Below are positions 13,098 to 25,600 of a stretch of DNA of 64,000 nt, piece by piece. Made by a program: the position numbers and the translations under genes. Below the pieces are notes generated by a model. That model saw only the letters and a list, made by a program, of their open reading frames with translations. It did not search any database and was not told the origin of the DNA. Within the stretch, counting starts at the first letter, position 1; each line of letters starts with the position of its first letter. Source of the DNA: Paraspadella gotoi (taxonomy: Eukaryota > Animalia > Chaetognatha); assembly GCA_051294375.1 (NCBI GenBank), contig CM119264.1:16651245-16715244 (forward strand), read 5' to 3'.

Positions 13098-15335
13098 ATG
13101 CCCAGGGTGGGCGAACCCGGCGTCGTTTCGAAAAGCGACGTTCCATCCGGCACTCGCGAATACGGTGCTGATAGCGGGGGCGCGGCACCGAGCTTCGACC
13201 CGGGAGGCCGCGGCCTTGGATCGCGCTTGCCGCTTCGTCGCTCGGCGGAAACGAGAGGGGAGGGCGGCGACGCCTTCCTTCTCCCGCTTCCTCCCACAGA
13301 TGATGCCTCCCGCAGCGGATCGTCGACTCGCGAAGCCTCCTTAAGCCTTTCCACGGAGCACTGCGCTCCAACGACCACGTCGACAACTACGGCAGCGTTA
13401 GGAAGGCGAACGCCGTCCAAGGGCGGTGGCGTCGCCGTCGACGACGACGACCCCGCTCCTTCGATGATCCACAGTCATTCCACCCACGGTGCTCCTCCCT
13501 ACGCGGCGTCGTTAGGCACCACGCCGCGATACGCCGAAAGCGACGCCTTACCAGCCCAGTACCACGCCTCCATCCACCATGCCGCCTCCCTTCCTAACGC
13601 CAGATCCTTTTCAAAACTCGCCGGCGCTCTCACGCCGCTCGCCGACTGCCGTCATGACGAAGGTGACGATGACGACGACAGCGACCTTGACAACGACGAC
13701 GACGACGACGACGACGACGAGGAAGACGATACGCTTACGACGCGAGGCTTCGCGACCTCAAGCCTTGACCACGAATCTTGCGACAGGGTCGTCATCAACG
13801 TCAGCGGATTGCGATTCGAAACCCAGCTGAAGACTCTGCAGCAGTTTCCGGAGTCGCTCCTGGGAGATCCAGAAAAGCGCATCAAGTGGTTCGATCCTCT
13901 GAGAAACGAATATTTCTTCGATCGAAACCGACCCTCCTTCGATGCCATCCTATACTTCTACCAGTCTGGTGGGCGGCTCCGCCGACCCGTCAATGTCCCC
14001 ATCGACGTCTTCTGCCAAGAGGTCGTCTTTTATCAACTCGGGGAGGACGTGATAGAGCGATACAAGGAGGACGAGGGCATCGGGGCTGAGGTGGCCCACG
14101 TTTATCCAGCAAACCCCTGCCAGCGAAAGGTCTATTTGCTTTTCGAGCATCCAGAAAGTAGTCAAGCCGCCCGAGTGGTCGCCATATTCTCGGTGTCCGT
14201 CATCCTCCTGTCCATCGTTATTTTCTGTCTCGAAACTCTCCCGCAATTCAAACACTTCAAGGTACGCCCCGCCGCCGACTCCGAGGGCGAATCGCCCTTC
14301 CTACACGCCGCCGCCTACAACGGGACCCTCGACGTAATTGTTGAGGATGACATCCCCGCCTTCGACGACGCCTTCTTCGTCATTGAGACCGCCTGCATCG
14401 TGTGGTTCTCCAGCGAGCTGCTCGTTCGCTTTCTCGCCTGCCCGCAGAAGCTTTTCTTTTTCAAGAACGTCATGAACGTAATAGATATCGTCGCCATAAT
14501 GCCGTATTTTATCACGCTGGGCACCGTCATAGCTGATGAAAGTAAGCAAAATAACCAGGCCACTAGCCTGGCCATCCTGAGAGTGATCCGCCTGGTGAGA
14601 GTTTTCCGCATCTTCAAACTATCTCGACACTCCAAGGGCCTGCAGATCTTAGGCCAGACGCTGAAAGCCAGCATGAGAGAGCTCGGTCTCCTCATGTTCT
14701 TCCTCTTCATCGGCGTCGTACTCTTCTCCTCGGCCGTTTACTTCGCCGAGACGGACCTTCCCGACTCCTCCTTCAAGAGCATCCCAGCCGCCTTTTGGTG
14801 GGCCGTCGTCACCATGACGACCGTCGGCTATGGGGACCTTTCGCCTCAGGGAGTCTGGGGCAAGATGGTGGGTAGCCTCTGTGCAATCGCCGGGGTGTTG
14901 ACCATCGCGTTACCTGTGCCCGTCATAGTCTCAAACTTTAACTACTTTTACCATCGGGAGATCGACAATGAGGACAAGAACAACGGCCAGTTCGAGGAGC
15001 TCACCACGTGCGCTTACGTTGCAACGCCCACTAGGGCGCGTCAGAAGCGACGCGAAAGGGACGTCAGGTCTTTTAGTAGTTATTCCAGCGTCGAGGGCGC
15101 CGTCGTCGTTGACGTCAGAGAGAAGGACGACGAATCGACAGAGAGCGGCGACGTCGCCGTCGACGAGGAGGCATCTGTCAAGGGTAATCATGTAGACCCT
15201 CAGTTCCTCGACGCCGACGCCGACGCCGACGCTGAATTTCGGAGGCGTATTCGCGGCTCCACTTTCCACAACAATAACAAAGTCTGTCGAGTTGTCGCCA
15301 ACCACGGCGTCGTCGACGCTGAGACGGACGTGTAA
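13098..15335 (+). CDS. Sh: Shaker/Kv1 channel, copy 2 (long unspliced N-terminus; internal acceptor at 13603/13604)
   Basis: Frame open from 12876, first in-frame ATG at 13098. Contains [11 protein letters not shown], a poly-Asp tract, T1, S1-S6, [12 protein letters not shown], and C-terminal PDZ ligand ETDV. Confidence 0.96.
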   Translation: MPRVGEPGVVSKSDVPSGTREYGADSGGAAPSFDPGGRGLGSRLPLRRSAETRGEGGDAFLLPLPPTDDASRSGSSTREASLSLSTEHCAPTTTSTTTAALGRRTPSKGGGVAVDDDDPAPSMIHSHSTHGAPPYAASLGTTPRYAESDALPAQYHASIHHAASLPNARSFSKLAGALTPLADCRHDEGDDDDDSDLDNDDDDDDDDEEDDTLTTRGFATSSLDHESCDRVVINVSGLRFETQLKTLQQFPESLLGDPEKRIKWFDPLRNEYFFDRNRPSFDAILYFYQSGGRLRRPVNVPIDVFCQEVVFYQLGEDVIERYKEDEGIGAEVAHVYPANPCQRKVYLLFEHPESSQAARVVAIFSVSVILLSIVIFCLETLPQFKHFKVRPAADSEGESPFLHAAAYNGTLDVIVEDDIPAFDDAFFVIETACIVWFSSELLVRFLACPQKLFFFKNVMNVIDIVAIMPYFITLGTVIADESKQNNQATSLAILRVIRLVRVFRIFKLSRHSKGLQILGQTLKASMRELGLLMFFLFIGVVLFSSAVYFAETDLPDSSFKSIPAAFWWAVVTMTTVGYGDLSPQGVWGKMVGSLCAIAGVLTIALPVPVIVSNFNYFYHREIDNEDKNNGQFEELTTCAYVATPTRARQKRRERDVRSFSSYSSVEGAVVVDVREKDDESTESGDVAVDEEASVKGNHVDPQFLDADADADAEFRRRIRGSTFHNNNKVCRVVANHGVVDAETDV

Positions 15336-18300
15336 GCTATTGCGCCATCTTTGACTCTGTTACTGTCGGCGCAATTTTAAATTCTATCTGAATCTGTTTT
15401 CGGTTTTATCCATCGCTATGCGAGATTTAGAATTTTCTTGTTCAATTTTTGCCGCCATCCTACCCCCCTGCCCTTTCCTTGTCGTCCCTGGACTACCGTT
15501 GACGTTTCTAATTTTCTACGCTGAATCACACGTTTACAATCGCACGCAACTACACAAATTCATGGTTTGGAACAACGTGCCTTAAGGAACATCTCTTTTT
15601 TCTTTTCTTCTACTTTCTGTCTCTTTTTCTTTCGACCTTTATTTTTTTCTTTCTTTTTAATTTTTATTTTTTGCTCATTTTTTTCTTCTTTATTTCTGTT
15701 ATTATTTTTTCTAGTGTTTTTTGAGTTTTCTCTTTTCTTCATTTCTTTCTTTTTATTCTTGTTTATTTTCTTTGTTTCACCTTTTTTTAAAATTCCTTAC
15801 AGTCTTTTTTTTTTAAATTCTATCGGCATACTTCTATGTCATTGTCTTCCTTACTTTAATTATCCATTTTTCTTTCTCTGCCGATCTACTATATTGCAAC
15901 TCTCTCTTTCCATCTTTGGCTGAGTCTCCCTTTCCATCTATCTGGGAACATCAATGCGCTCGAGAGGAATCAAAAATTAAAAAATAACCCATCTTGACTA
16001 GTCCGAGACTACGAATCAAACGTAATAAAAAACAGCGTCCGTTTGAATAATCTCGATTTGTTACGCCGGGACGAATTTTTAGAAGATGCGCTTTTTCGCT
16101 TTCGGTTATTTTCGGAATATCACCGACAAGACGAACAAAAAAAATAATACAATTAACCTTGACCAATTATTACACCCACTTTTCATCCAGAGTTGAACAA
16201 AATAGTTAATTTTTATTATTTTGTTTATCATAAGAAGTAAGCATGGGAAAGGTATTGGTAAATTACGTACATTATTAATTATTCTTATTATGTTATTAGG
16301 TTATAACAAAGTTAAAATCTATTGATGAAAAGGTTTTTCGTGGGTTAATTGTAAGGATCATTATTTGAATTGAAAATTTAAAGGATATAAGTAAAATTTA
16401 TTAATGACATTGGTCAACTAATCCCGCGAATGAGCTCTATTTAAACCCGAAAACAACTCACTACTTGCAAAGAAGAGGCGGCTTTAACTGCGCCTCGTCT
16501 GAAATCATTTGCACATAAAATTCGAGTTGCGCTGCGAACGCCTGCCTTTTTACTCCCTTTTTGGATTACATTTTTTCGTAGAATAGTACAACTCTCATGT
16601 TAAGGTTACGATCGCTCTTAGAGCACTATTGTTACGTATTTACATCGAACTAGCTAGAAAATACGATCTGGTTAAGTTTTGATTACTTTCACCTTATGAT
16701 CTCAAAAGCTACTTATAATTAATTCTGTACACGCTTTCAGCTAAACTTTAGCATTTTATCTTTACTAGCAATTATATGGTTATACGTTAAGTAAATTCAA
16801 AGACGAAGATGGTATTTGAAGAAACCACTTGAGATTGCAGTCGGTTGCACGCGGCTTTACACTATTGCTTGTTTCCTGCCAAATGTGTTTCGTACAACGA
16901 ATTGAAATTGCCACAAATATTCTTAAAACTCATAACTATAAACACACAATTAGGTTAACTAGATTGATTGCCAAACGGCTAGTATTAAACTATTATTCTG
17001 TGAAATAGTTTTTTCGCAATGAAGCCTTTTGCCTACTCCGTAATCATGAGCTTTAAAGATTGTTTCTAATTTCGTAGCTTCATAATATGAGAAAATTAAT
17101 AGTTTTATAAAAGAGCTTACAACATATAATGTAACAAGCTTGTTCGCAATCGGTAATTGGTTAAAGATATGGCATTTGATGGAAAACGCAAATTTTAAAT
17201 CTTAATAGTGTCGAATTTTAGAGAACATTTTACTGCTATCGTTATTTCAAACATTCCACTATATGATTTTTTTATATTTCCCACTTGTTGATTATTGTCA
17301 CTTAATGTCATGTCAGGTAAATTCATGGTATGTTTTATGTGACTTTTGTCATAGCCCAGTGTGAGACAATAAGCTAGGCTTGTGTTCTACTATCAGGGGA
17401 AAAATAGTATCTATAAAAACCCTCTAAATTATACTTGTGATAAAAACATAGAACAATTACAAAACACAAATTAGTTAATGCACAATTTTAATAATAATTT
17501 TTTTATTACTTATCCCCTAGTATTATTTCTTTGATTGATCCTTCGATTTATTTTTTTTTTAATTAATTGGTTCTCATTTTAACATAAAACCAAACTTAAC
17601 TTAAAAACAATATATGACTTGTTTACAAATAAATTATTTTTGTGGGCAGTATCTAAATATAGCGGTCACGCTTTCATATTGTAGGTTAAGCAATAAGTTC
17701 TCTATTAGATCAAAAGTAACTAAGCGCGCAATTTTTAAGCTTCAAAAATCAATTCATTTGCATGTACTTTAAAGTTTACCATATTAATTATATATTATCA
17801 GGTTTTCATAATATACTGCCCTTGAAATATATCATGTTGAAAATTTAAGTTAGAGTTTATGTCTCAAAGTTGAATATATGTTGACAGCATGCTTTATAAG
17901 AGAGATATCAATTCACAACAACTAAGAATACTATTAAAAAAATTTAAATTTTACGTATGTAGATATTGCTGAAAAAAAGATATTTTGTCCGTTCAATGTG
18001 TAATCCACAATACCATCCTACTTGTTTATATCTTGCTTTTAACTCAATGCCTTAATAAAACAATGCTAAAAGGCTGTAAAAACTTTTGTTAGAACTTAAT
18101 ATTTTTTAGTAATTGAATATTATAAAATACGAATTTATAGTTGTAATACGTACTAATGATAAGAAAGTACCATTTAGATTATTCATTAACAAAAATTATA
18201 GATTGCATGAATCAGAAGTACATGCAACTCTTGCCTTCCTTGTGTCTTCAAAAACAAAACTTTGTCTTAATTGTCGTAAAAATATGGTCTCCGAACGACA

Positions 18301-18912
18301 TACAATCCTTTATTGTAAAACCGTGGATTCAATTTATAAGTGTAACTTCAATTAACTGTGATACTGTGTCAGTTACTTGATCCTCTATCTACTGCCTACT
18401 TGTCATAGTTGTCAAAGCATTTTTCAGAGCCCTTCTAACAGTCTTCACACTGGGCTATAATTTCATCCCCTCGTATACGAAAATCGACATTTTGTCCGAT
18501 GATGTATGTATTTCCTTATTATCTCGTATCTCTACGTTCAAATGTAATACCTCGGAAAATAGTATCTAAATAATACTATGTCATAAGATTATTTTAAAAA
18601 AAATCCATCAGTGCTAGATATAAAAAATTACGATTTATATTTTTTTACAGACCTAATTAAAATAAATATTCAAACACAACACCATGAAAGAAATGAAGCG
18701 CCATTACGTAAAAAATTAAAGTACAAATCATTGAAATAATACTCTTCGCTTCGCATCTCGTCAAACGTCTCGGCTCGACGTTTAACTACAAAATTAGAAA
18801 CGAGCGTGCTCAACCCAATTAGGTCGACGCCCTCTTTAGTGATTACGCGTCCCTAAATCAACGGCATCCTTACGTGTTTTTTTGTTTTTTTGTTTTTTTT
18901 TTGAAAAACAAA

Positions 18913-18958
18913 ATGATGAGGAGGAATAGTTGGATTCAGAAATGCGACGACGCTGCTG
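18913..18958 (+). CDS. Candidate leader exon for Kv1 copy 3 (MMRRNSWIQKCDDAA-G)
   Basis: aaaATG at 18913 and donor CTG|GTGAGC at 18959. 46 nt = phase 1, in frame with the copy-3 acceptor (G|GC CCC TTC = G-P-F). Confidence 0.45.
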
Positions 18959-19007
18959 GTGAGCCGCGGGTGACGACTGGGTTTCGATTCCGGCGATATT
19001 CTTCCGG

Positions 19008-19090
19008 ATGAACGTCATATTCGACTCAGTTTCCACACGGCGCCTTACTCCAGCTTCCACCGCCCAAAAGATCGGCGCGTGCGTTGCTAG
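19008..19090 (+). CDS. Second candidate leader (MNVIFDSVSTRRLTPASTAQKIGACVA-R/S), phase 2
   Basis: ATG at 19008 and donor TAG|GTAAAA at 19091, at the edge of the GC-rich island. 83 nt = phase 2, out of frame with copy 3 and in frame with exon 25514 and copy 4. Confidence 0.4.
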
Positions 19091-19222
19091 GTAAAAGATA
19101 CTTGATGATTGATGTAATATATAGTATATTTCAATTAAATAATTAAATTAAATAATTATAATTAAATGATTATATAATAATTAATATTATCAATATTAAT
19201 ATTATTGTTTATAATATTTGAC

Positions 19223-19298
<76 letters not shown>
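19223..19298. repeat. (AAT)n microsatellite
   Basis: Pure ATA run. Confidence 0.95.
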
Positions 19299-19299
<1 letters not shown>

Positions 19300-19420
19300 T
19301 GACACATCAATAAGCATAACCCAAAAATTATAGAATAATACTTTCAAGATGAATGATACAAGAAAACTTCTTTTTCCTCTACCACATCTGTCAGTTTATT
19401 CGAATTAAAACCATAAAAAA

Positions 19421-20132
19421 ATTTGAGTCAATTAACAATAATAATTTTATGCGAGATGGTATCCTCATCCTCAGGAGCAAGTACATCCTCCTCCTGGTCG
19501 TTTACATTGTCTCTTGCTCTTCAGAGATTCGATCTTTTTTCGAGCGAATGTTTGCTGTTGATCGTTGTTATTGTTGTTGTTGTTGTCATTGTCATTGATG
19601 GTATGATTATTGAATACAAAAAGTACTTTGTTAATATTGTTTCGGGAACAGAAAAACAAAATACAATATATTTATAATATTATCCTTATAAAATAAAAAA
19701 ATTTCAAAATTATTTTTTTGAAATGTTTATTAAATATTCAGATTCCTTATAAAAAGTTAGACCAAAAATATAAAACATGTTATCAAAATTTTTTTTCTTC
19801 AGTGTCAAAATTGGAGGGGGAGCTGTACTCAATGGACTGAGTTAAAAATTTTGAGTCATTCCATGCTCAAACAAATTTTTTTACATTTTTAAGTATACTT
19901 TCACTGAACAAAAATTACTTATATGGCTCTATACTTAATAAATTATTATTAAATCTGAATCTTTAATAAAAATTTCAAAAAAATTATTTAAATTTTTTTT
20001 ATTTTTTAAAGATAATACTATAAATATATAGTATTTTGCTTTTCTGTTCCCGAAACAATGTTAACAAAATACTTTTTGTATTCAATAATAATACCATATC
20101 GCATAAAATTACTATTGTTAATTGACTCAAAT
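19421..20132. mobile_element. Foldback/MITE-like element with long inverted arms and a nested 134-bp insertion
   Basis: Left arm atttgagtcaattaacaata...tttcgggaacagaaaa is the reverse complement of right arm ttttctgttcccgaaac...tattgttaattgactcaaat. The insertion 19463-19596 is flanked by GATGGTAT direct repeats. A related copy lies at ~41720-42135. Confidence 0.75.
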
Positions 20133-20374
20133 CAAATGTTTGTTCTCAAGTGCTCCACTCTATTGGCCATGAGCTTATGACTACTTAGTAAGTACTTACC
20201 ACCATGTTCATTTTCAACCAGAAACTTGTACTAACTACGGGATGCGTTAGGACGGCTTTAAACCGCCTTGGGAGAGTTGCTACGCCCTGAGCTTGACCTC
20301 GCTAAACTCCGTCTTTGCTATTCAGAGTTAAATGGTTCATAGTAATCAGTCTCTATTTTTTAATTCCTCGACAG

Positions 20375-22128
20375 GCCCCTTCCCCGACTCAGCGAATGAT
20401 GCGTCGCCGCTCTGCGTTTTGGCGATGGATCCCTGCAACGGACCTTTGAATCTGTTGAACGCCAGTGTGGAGGCGGATACAGCTGTGGAGGCGACCAAGG
20501 GTCACCACGATATCCATCACCACCACCACCATCATCACCACGAAGAGGTGAACGAAGACAGCGAGGCCGACGCCTTCTCGGAGGATGGGTCGCTACTGGA
20601 TGGGATCGGCACACTGGCCGCCTATGAGAATGAGTACGAGTGCTGCGAGCGGGTCATCATCAACATCAGCGGGGTCCGATTTGAAACTCAGCTCAAGACT
20701 CTCCAACAGTTTCCGGACTCGCTGCTGGGAGACCCGGCGAAACGCATTAAGTGGTTCGACCCACTGAGAAATGAGTACTTCTTCGACCGAAATCGACGAT
20801 CCTTCGACGCCATTCTGTATTTTTATCAGAGCGGTGGACGTCTTAGACGCCCTTTTAATGTTCCCATTCATGTTTTCTGCCAAGAGATAATTTTCTATGA
20901 GCTGGGAGAGGATGTCATTGAAAGGTATCAAGAGGACGAAGGAATCATGGTTGAGGAAGAGGTGGTCAACCCGTCTAATGAGTGCCAGAAAAAGATCTGG
21001 CTTCTCTTTGAACATCCCGAGAGCAGCCAAGCGGCCAGAGTGGTCGCCATCTTTTCCGTTTCTGTCGTCCTGCTGTCGATTGTAATATTCTGTTTAGAGA
21101 CTCTTCCGCAGTTCAAGCATTACAAGGTTCAGAGTAAAAAGGGTGCTAACCTGACCGGAAACGGTACCGAGGACGTCATCATCGAAGATGACATCCCTGC
21201 CTTTGACGATGCGTTTTTTATCATAGAGACCGGTTGTATTGTTTGGTTTTCTAGCGAACTCTTAATAAGATTCGCTGCGTGTCCCCAAAAATTACTTTTC
21301 TTTCGTAATGTTATGAATATTATCGACATTGTAGCCATTATGCCATATTTCATTACACTCGGTACTGTTATAGCTGATGAAAGTAAGCAAAATAACCAGG
21401 CAATGAGTCTGGCCATCCTTCGTGTTATAAGATTGGTGAGAGTTTTTCGAATATTCAAATTATCGAGACATTCCAAAGGTCTGCAAATATTAGGCCAGAC
21501 ATTGAAAGCTAGTATGCACGAGTTAGGTTTGCTCATGTTCTTTCTATTCATTGGAGTCATCTTGTTTTCCAGTGCAGTGTTTTTTGCAGAGGGAGACCTT
21601 CCAGAAACCCACTTTCAAAGTATTCCAGCATCGTTTTGGTGGGCTGTTGTAACCATGACCTCAGTAGGATATGGCGATCTCTACCCCATTGGGGTTTGGG
21701 GAAAACTGGTTGGAGGGGTATGCGCAATCTGTGGAGTACTTACCATTGCCCTGCCTGTGCCTGTCATTGTTTCAAACTTCAATTATTTTAGACATAGAGA
21801 AGTAGATCAAGACGAAAACAACACACTTATGAACGAGAATATCACAACATGTGCTTATGTACCGACTCCCACCTCAAGTAAAAAAGGGATGCAATCGGAT
21901 AGTAGCTGTTCTAGTTCTGAAATGATGGAAATGGAGGAAAGAATAGATCTAACATCTGATCCGGATGGTTTCATAGGATCTAAAACAACAAAAGCCAATC
22001 ACTTAAGCAGTCTTGGTCAAATTCAGCATAGTGATTATGCTGGAATTCATGACAACCATTCAAAAGTTAATAACTCTACCGGCTATGTCAATAATACTAA
22101 TGCTAGAAGTGTTGAAACAGATGTTTGA
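20375..22128 (+). CDS. Sh: Shaker/Kv1 channel, copy 3 (single-exon body, TMTSVGYGD filter)
   Basis: T1, S1-S6, S4 [17 protein letters not shown]-terminus VETDV, poly-His N-terminal tract. Acceptor tcctcgacag|gc at 20374; alternative in-frame ATGs at 20332 and 20425 (gcgATGg). Confidence 0.96.
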
Positions 22129-25100
22129 TGTTGAATTTACTAATTGGATTTTTCACTTTTTATAACTCAATTTTTCAGGCATCTTGTTTGATTTTGATCT
22201 CAAGTTTGTTGCTGTTGGCCCTCTGAATTTCACCCCTTGTACTAAATGACCAAACCTTCCCTATTGTCGTTATCTTCCATCTTCCTACCAAGCACTTCAT
22301 GAACCTGCTTGCTCACGTGCAATTAAAATCATAGATAATGGTGGGAAACAGAATGTGACTTAAACATCAAAAGGGCATCTTTCACTTAATTAAAGGCATT
22401 TTGAATAACAAAAAAATCTAAATCGAAATTTATGAGTTTTAGTTTTTATCTAAAAAATTTGCACCTATTTCTCTAATTTTAGCACTTTTAAATAGGAGAA
22501 TTTCATGCGCCAATTGTGTCATAATATGAATGAAATTCAAACTATAAAAAAAATTAAGCTTGGGAGTTGCGATCCATACTGTGAGAGAAAGGTTAGACTC
22601 TACCACAGGCTATTTGTGCTCACTAAGTTCATTTACAGCTTATGTGAAATATGGGAAACTATTATGATAAGAGTGATTGAGTCTGAAAAAATTATCTTTG
22701 ATACTACATCATACATAAAAATTATTTATTCAAGATTGTTTTTTTTTAATTAAACTTAACATTTTTTTAATAATAGGCTTAATGATATAAATACTAATCT
22801 TATTAAAAAATATACATTTTAAAGTAAAGATTCAGTTTGATGTATCAAAGAAATTTAAAAGAAAAATATCAGGTTTAATTCCTGGTTAGGAGATTTTGAT
22901 TACTTTCACCATGCAATATGTATCAGCTTTAAAAATTATCTTATGCTTTATGAAGAAGTCAACTGAAAATGTATATAACCATAAATTATCTTAAGTAATA
23001 AATTGTTTAATGGTGCATGCACTTTAAATCACAAAATCATCATATTTTTGAACGGTGCACTGTTTTGACTTTCTCACTAAGGCCACTTTAATATTTTTGA
23101 GAGCATATAACTTTGTTTAAAATTATATTTATAAAACAGCTTTAATCCTAGCATGAAATTGTCCTACTGCACACATTACCTATTCAACATTCCAAGTGTG
23201 TATATGATTCTCCTGTAGTTTTAGTTCAGATCCTTTTCCCTTATCCCGTTTTTTTAATGAATTTAAGAAACTTTGCTTCTATGAAGCAAATCATAAATCT
23301 TTAGAAAAATGTGGTAATAAGATTTATTTAGACTATTGCTAATTTACATTAGGAGTGATAAGTCTTAATATCACATTCTATAACTAGCTATCCTCGATGG
23401 TTCATTTTTCCACTGTTACTCTTTAGAAAAAACGCGTTCTAATTTTGTGATTAAAAAAAATCTAAATTTAGGGATTTAAATTGAAACAAATTGATACGAT
23501 AATTTTAAGAGGTTTTAGAAAAAAATCATCTTATTATCGATGACAGTGAATAAATGGTAAAATAATTGATAACAGTTGAGCTTATGAGTAAAAACCGAAC
23601 AAAATTTTTGAATATGCTAATGATTTATCTATTTAACCAAAAAGTTGTAAATATATTTTGTATTCATAATCAATGTATAAAAACAAAGCGCATGCTTCAT
23701 TGGCAAAGAGTTAAAATTACAAAATACCTTTCAAATAAATATTGGATAAGTTTAGTAGTTGCATGTCTCTCATGGAAATATGATATTTTTACATTATTTT
23801 TAAGGTTTATTGCAAAAGACTTCAATCTTAAAGAGGGACAAAATGCGCTTAAAATCATGACATGATAATAATGAATTTTTAGGAGCGGAGCGGAAGTATT
23901 TTTAACAATTGGGGTAATCAACCTGCATGAACCTTGTCAAATGTGTCAATGTGTTGGTTGTGCCTAGTGTGGTCTCGTAGCTAAACATTTCAATATTCCC
24001 TCCTTTATGTTGTTGCCACCTGTCACGAAATCAATGTCAAATCCGCCGTGATTCCCACGTTTTTTACACACGTGATTCACACATCTTTTACCCGAACACC
24101 CATCACATTCTAGCCAACTGAGGCAAAGATCAATAAGAAATAGAGAAAAAAAATCTTATTAAAAAATAATCATTATTAAATTTAAAACCATGAAACTTAG
24201 ACTGCAATAAGTTTTTTGTGCTCCAAGAATGCTAAATAAAAATGCCGTTAAAAATATAAAATAAGTTTCATTGTTTAATTTAAGTCCTATGGTTATGTAC
24301 TAAATTGTACTATGGATCTTATGTCTTATCTGTATGATGAGAGTATGTATAAGACATTTTCCATTTTTGTTCATTTGATATTAATAATAATAATGATTAT
24401 CAATTACCAATTAAAACTGTTTTAATAACGGATAAACTTGTTGCCTCATCATCCTCGTCTAAAACTAAACAGTAGGGGCAGTCGAACGGAAAATTTTGAT
24501 AAACGAAAGATAAAAAGTCAATAGTAATTAAATACTTCAAAAATGCCAGTTCGACTGTTCTGTTCTTTTATACTATGTTATTTCCCATCAAAGCACATAG
24601 TTCTATTTTATTTAAAGTAGGAGTGCACCAGAACCATCTTTTAGGAAATATCCAGTTAGTTGACAGCAAGGTTCTGAAAAAGCTAAAAAAGATTACAGAA
24701 GTTAAAATACTTTTGAAAGTTATATGCGAGTTAGATAACCTTAAAACTATATATACACTGTTTTCTAAATTTCTAACCATCACACGTTAAGTTGAAGAAA
24801 TTGCTTAAATTTATGATGGATTAACGGGGCACTCCTTTTTATTTTCAAATAGTTTAAAAATTCAACAGGAAACAACAAAATAAAGGAAGCAGCTATAAAA
24901 CATAAACAGCAGCTATAAACATGTTGATGCTGGCAGAGTCTATAAATAAAAGAATTTAGATTCGATTGACCGAAAAACGCATAAAAATGCTCGTATAAAA
25001 ACTCGAGTCGACCTAAATTTTAAATAATTTCTAATTTTTATAAGTTGGGCACAAGCTTCACATTCAAAGCAATTGATGAAATTATGATGTTTTCTCATGT

Positions 25101-25146
25101 ATGTATTAGCGGTTCAAAAGAAATACCCATAAACAGTGAACTGTAC

Positions 25147-25160
25147 ATGCAGGTCTTTAG
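25147..25160 (+). CDS. Candidate micro leader exon for Kv1 copy 4 (MQVF-S)
   Basis: ATG CAG GTC TTT AG|GTAAAT, phase 2, fits the acceptor at 25513/25514. Confidence 0.3.
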
Positions 25161-25513
25161 GTAAATCATCAATCTATATCAATCAATATTATGGGGCAGG
25201 AGATCGCCAAATTATGTTGAAAAGTAATCATGTCATGCATGTTTTGTAGATGTCCTTGATAATGTATTAACAGCAGGGAAATTAATTATGTCAGCTGCAA
25301 TTTTTTAAAGAAAATGTAAATTAAAGAACATGTGAATACCTTGCAAGCAATATCAAAATGATTGATTTCTTTTTCCATGAAAACAATGCTATATACATGT
25401 GACATATCTATCTTGTTTATTCTCATTATGGTTATCTTCTCTTTTGTAAAAAAATCTTTGATACATTATGTAGGAAATTTCAGGTTCTCCATTTATATGG
25501 TACTGTATTTCAG

Positions 25514-25600
25514 CTTTTCTGAAACATCATCAACAAAAAGTCTTGATAAAGAAGCTTTGAATGGATACCCCCTAGATATCAGCAAAATTCTGCTCACAGA
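25514..25600 (+). CDS. Candidate symmetric (phase 2-2) leader exon for Kv1 copy 4 (FSETSSTKSLDKEALNGYPLDISKILLT-E)
   Basis: Acceptor tgtatttcag| at 25513 and canonical donor AGA|GTAAGT at 25601. 87 nt, open frame, joins 26468 as GA|G = E-SFPEL. Confidence 0.55.

Noticed and set aside
20151-20199. Donor-like GTAAGT at 20188 (within palindrome GTAAGTACTTAC) as a coding leader for copy 3
   Set aside because: The frame needed for the phase-1 acceptor has TGA at 20178; at most a non-coding exon.
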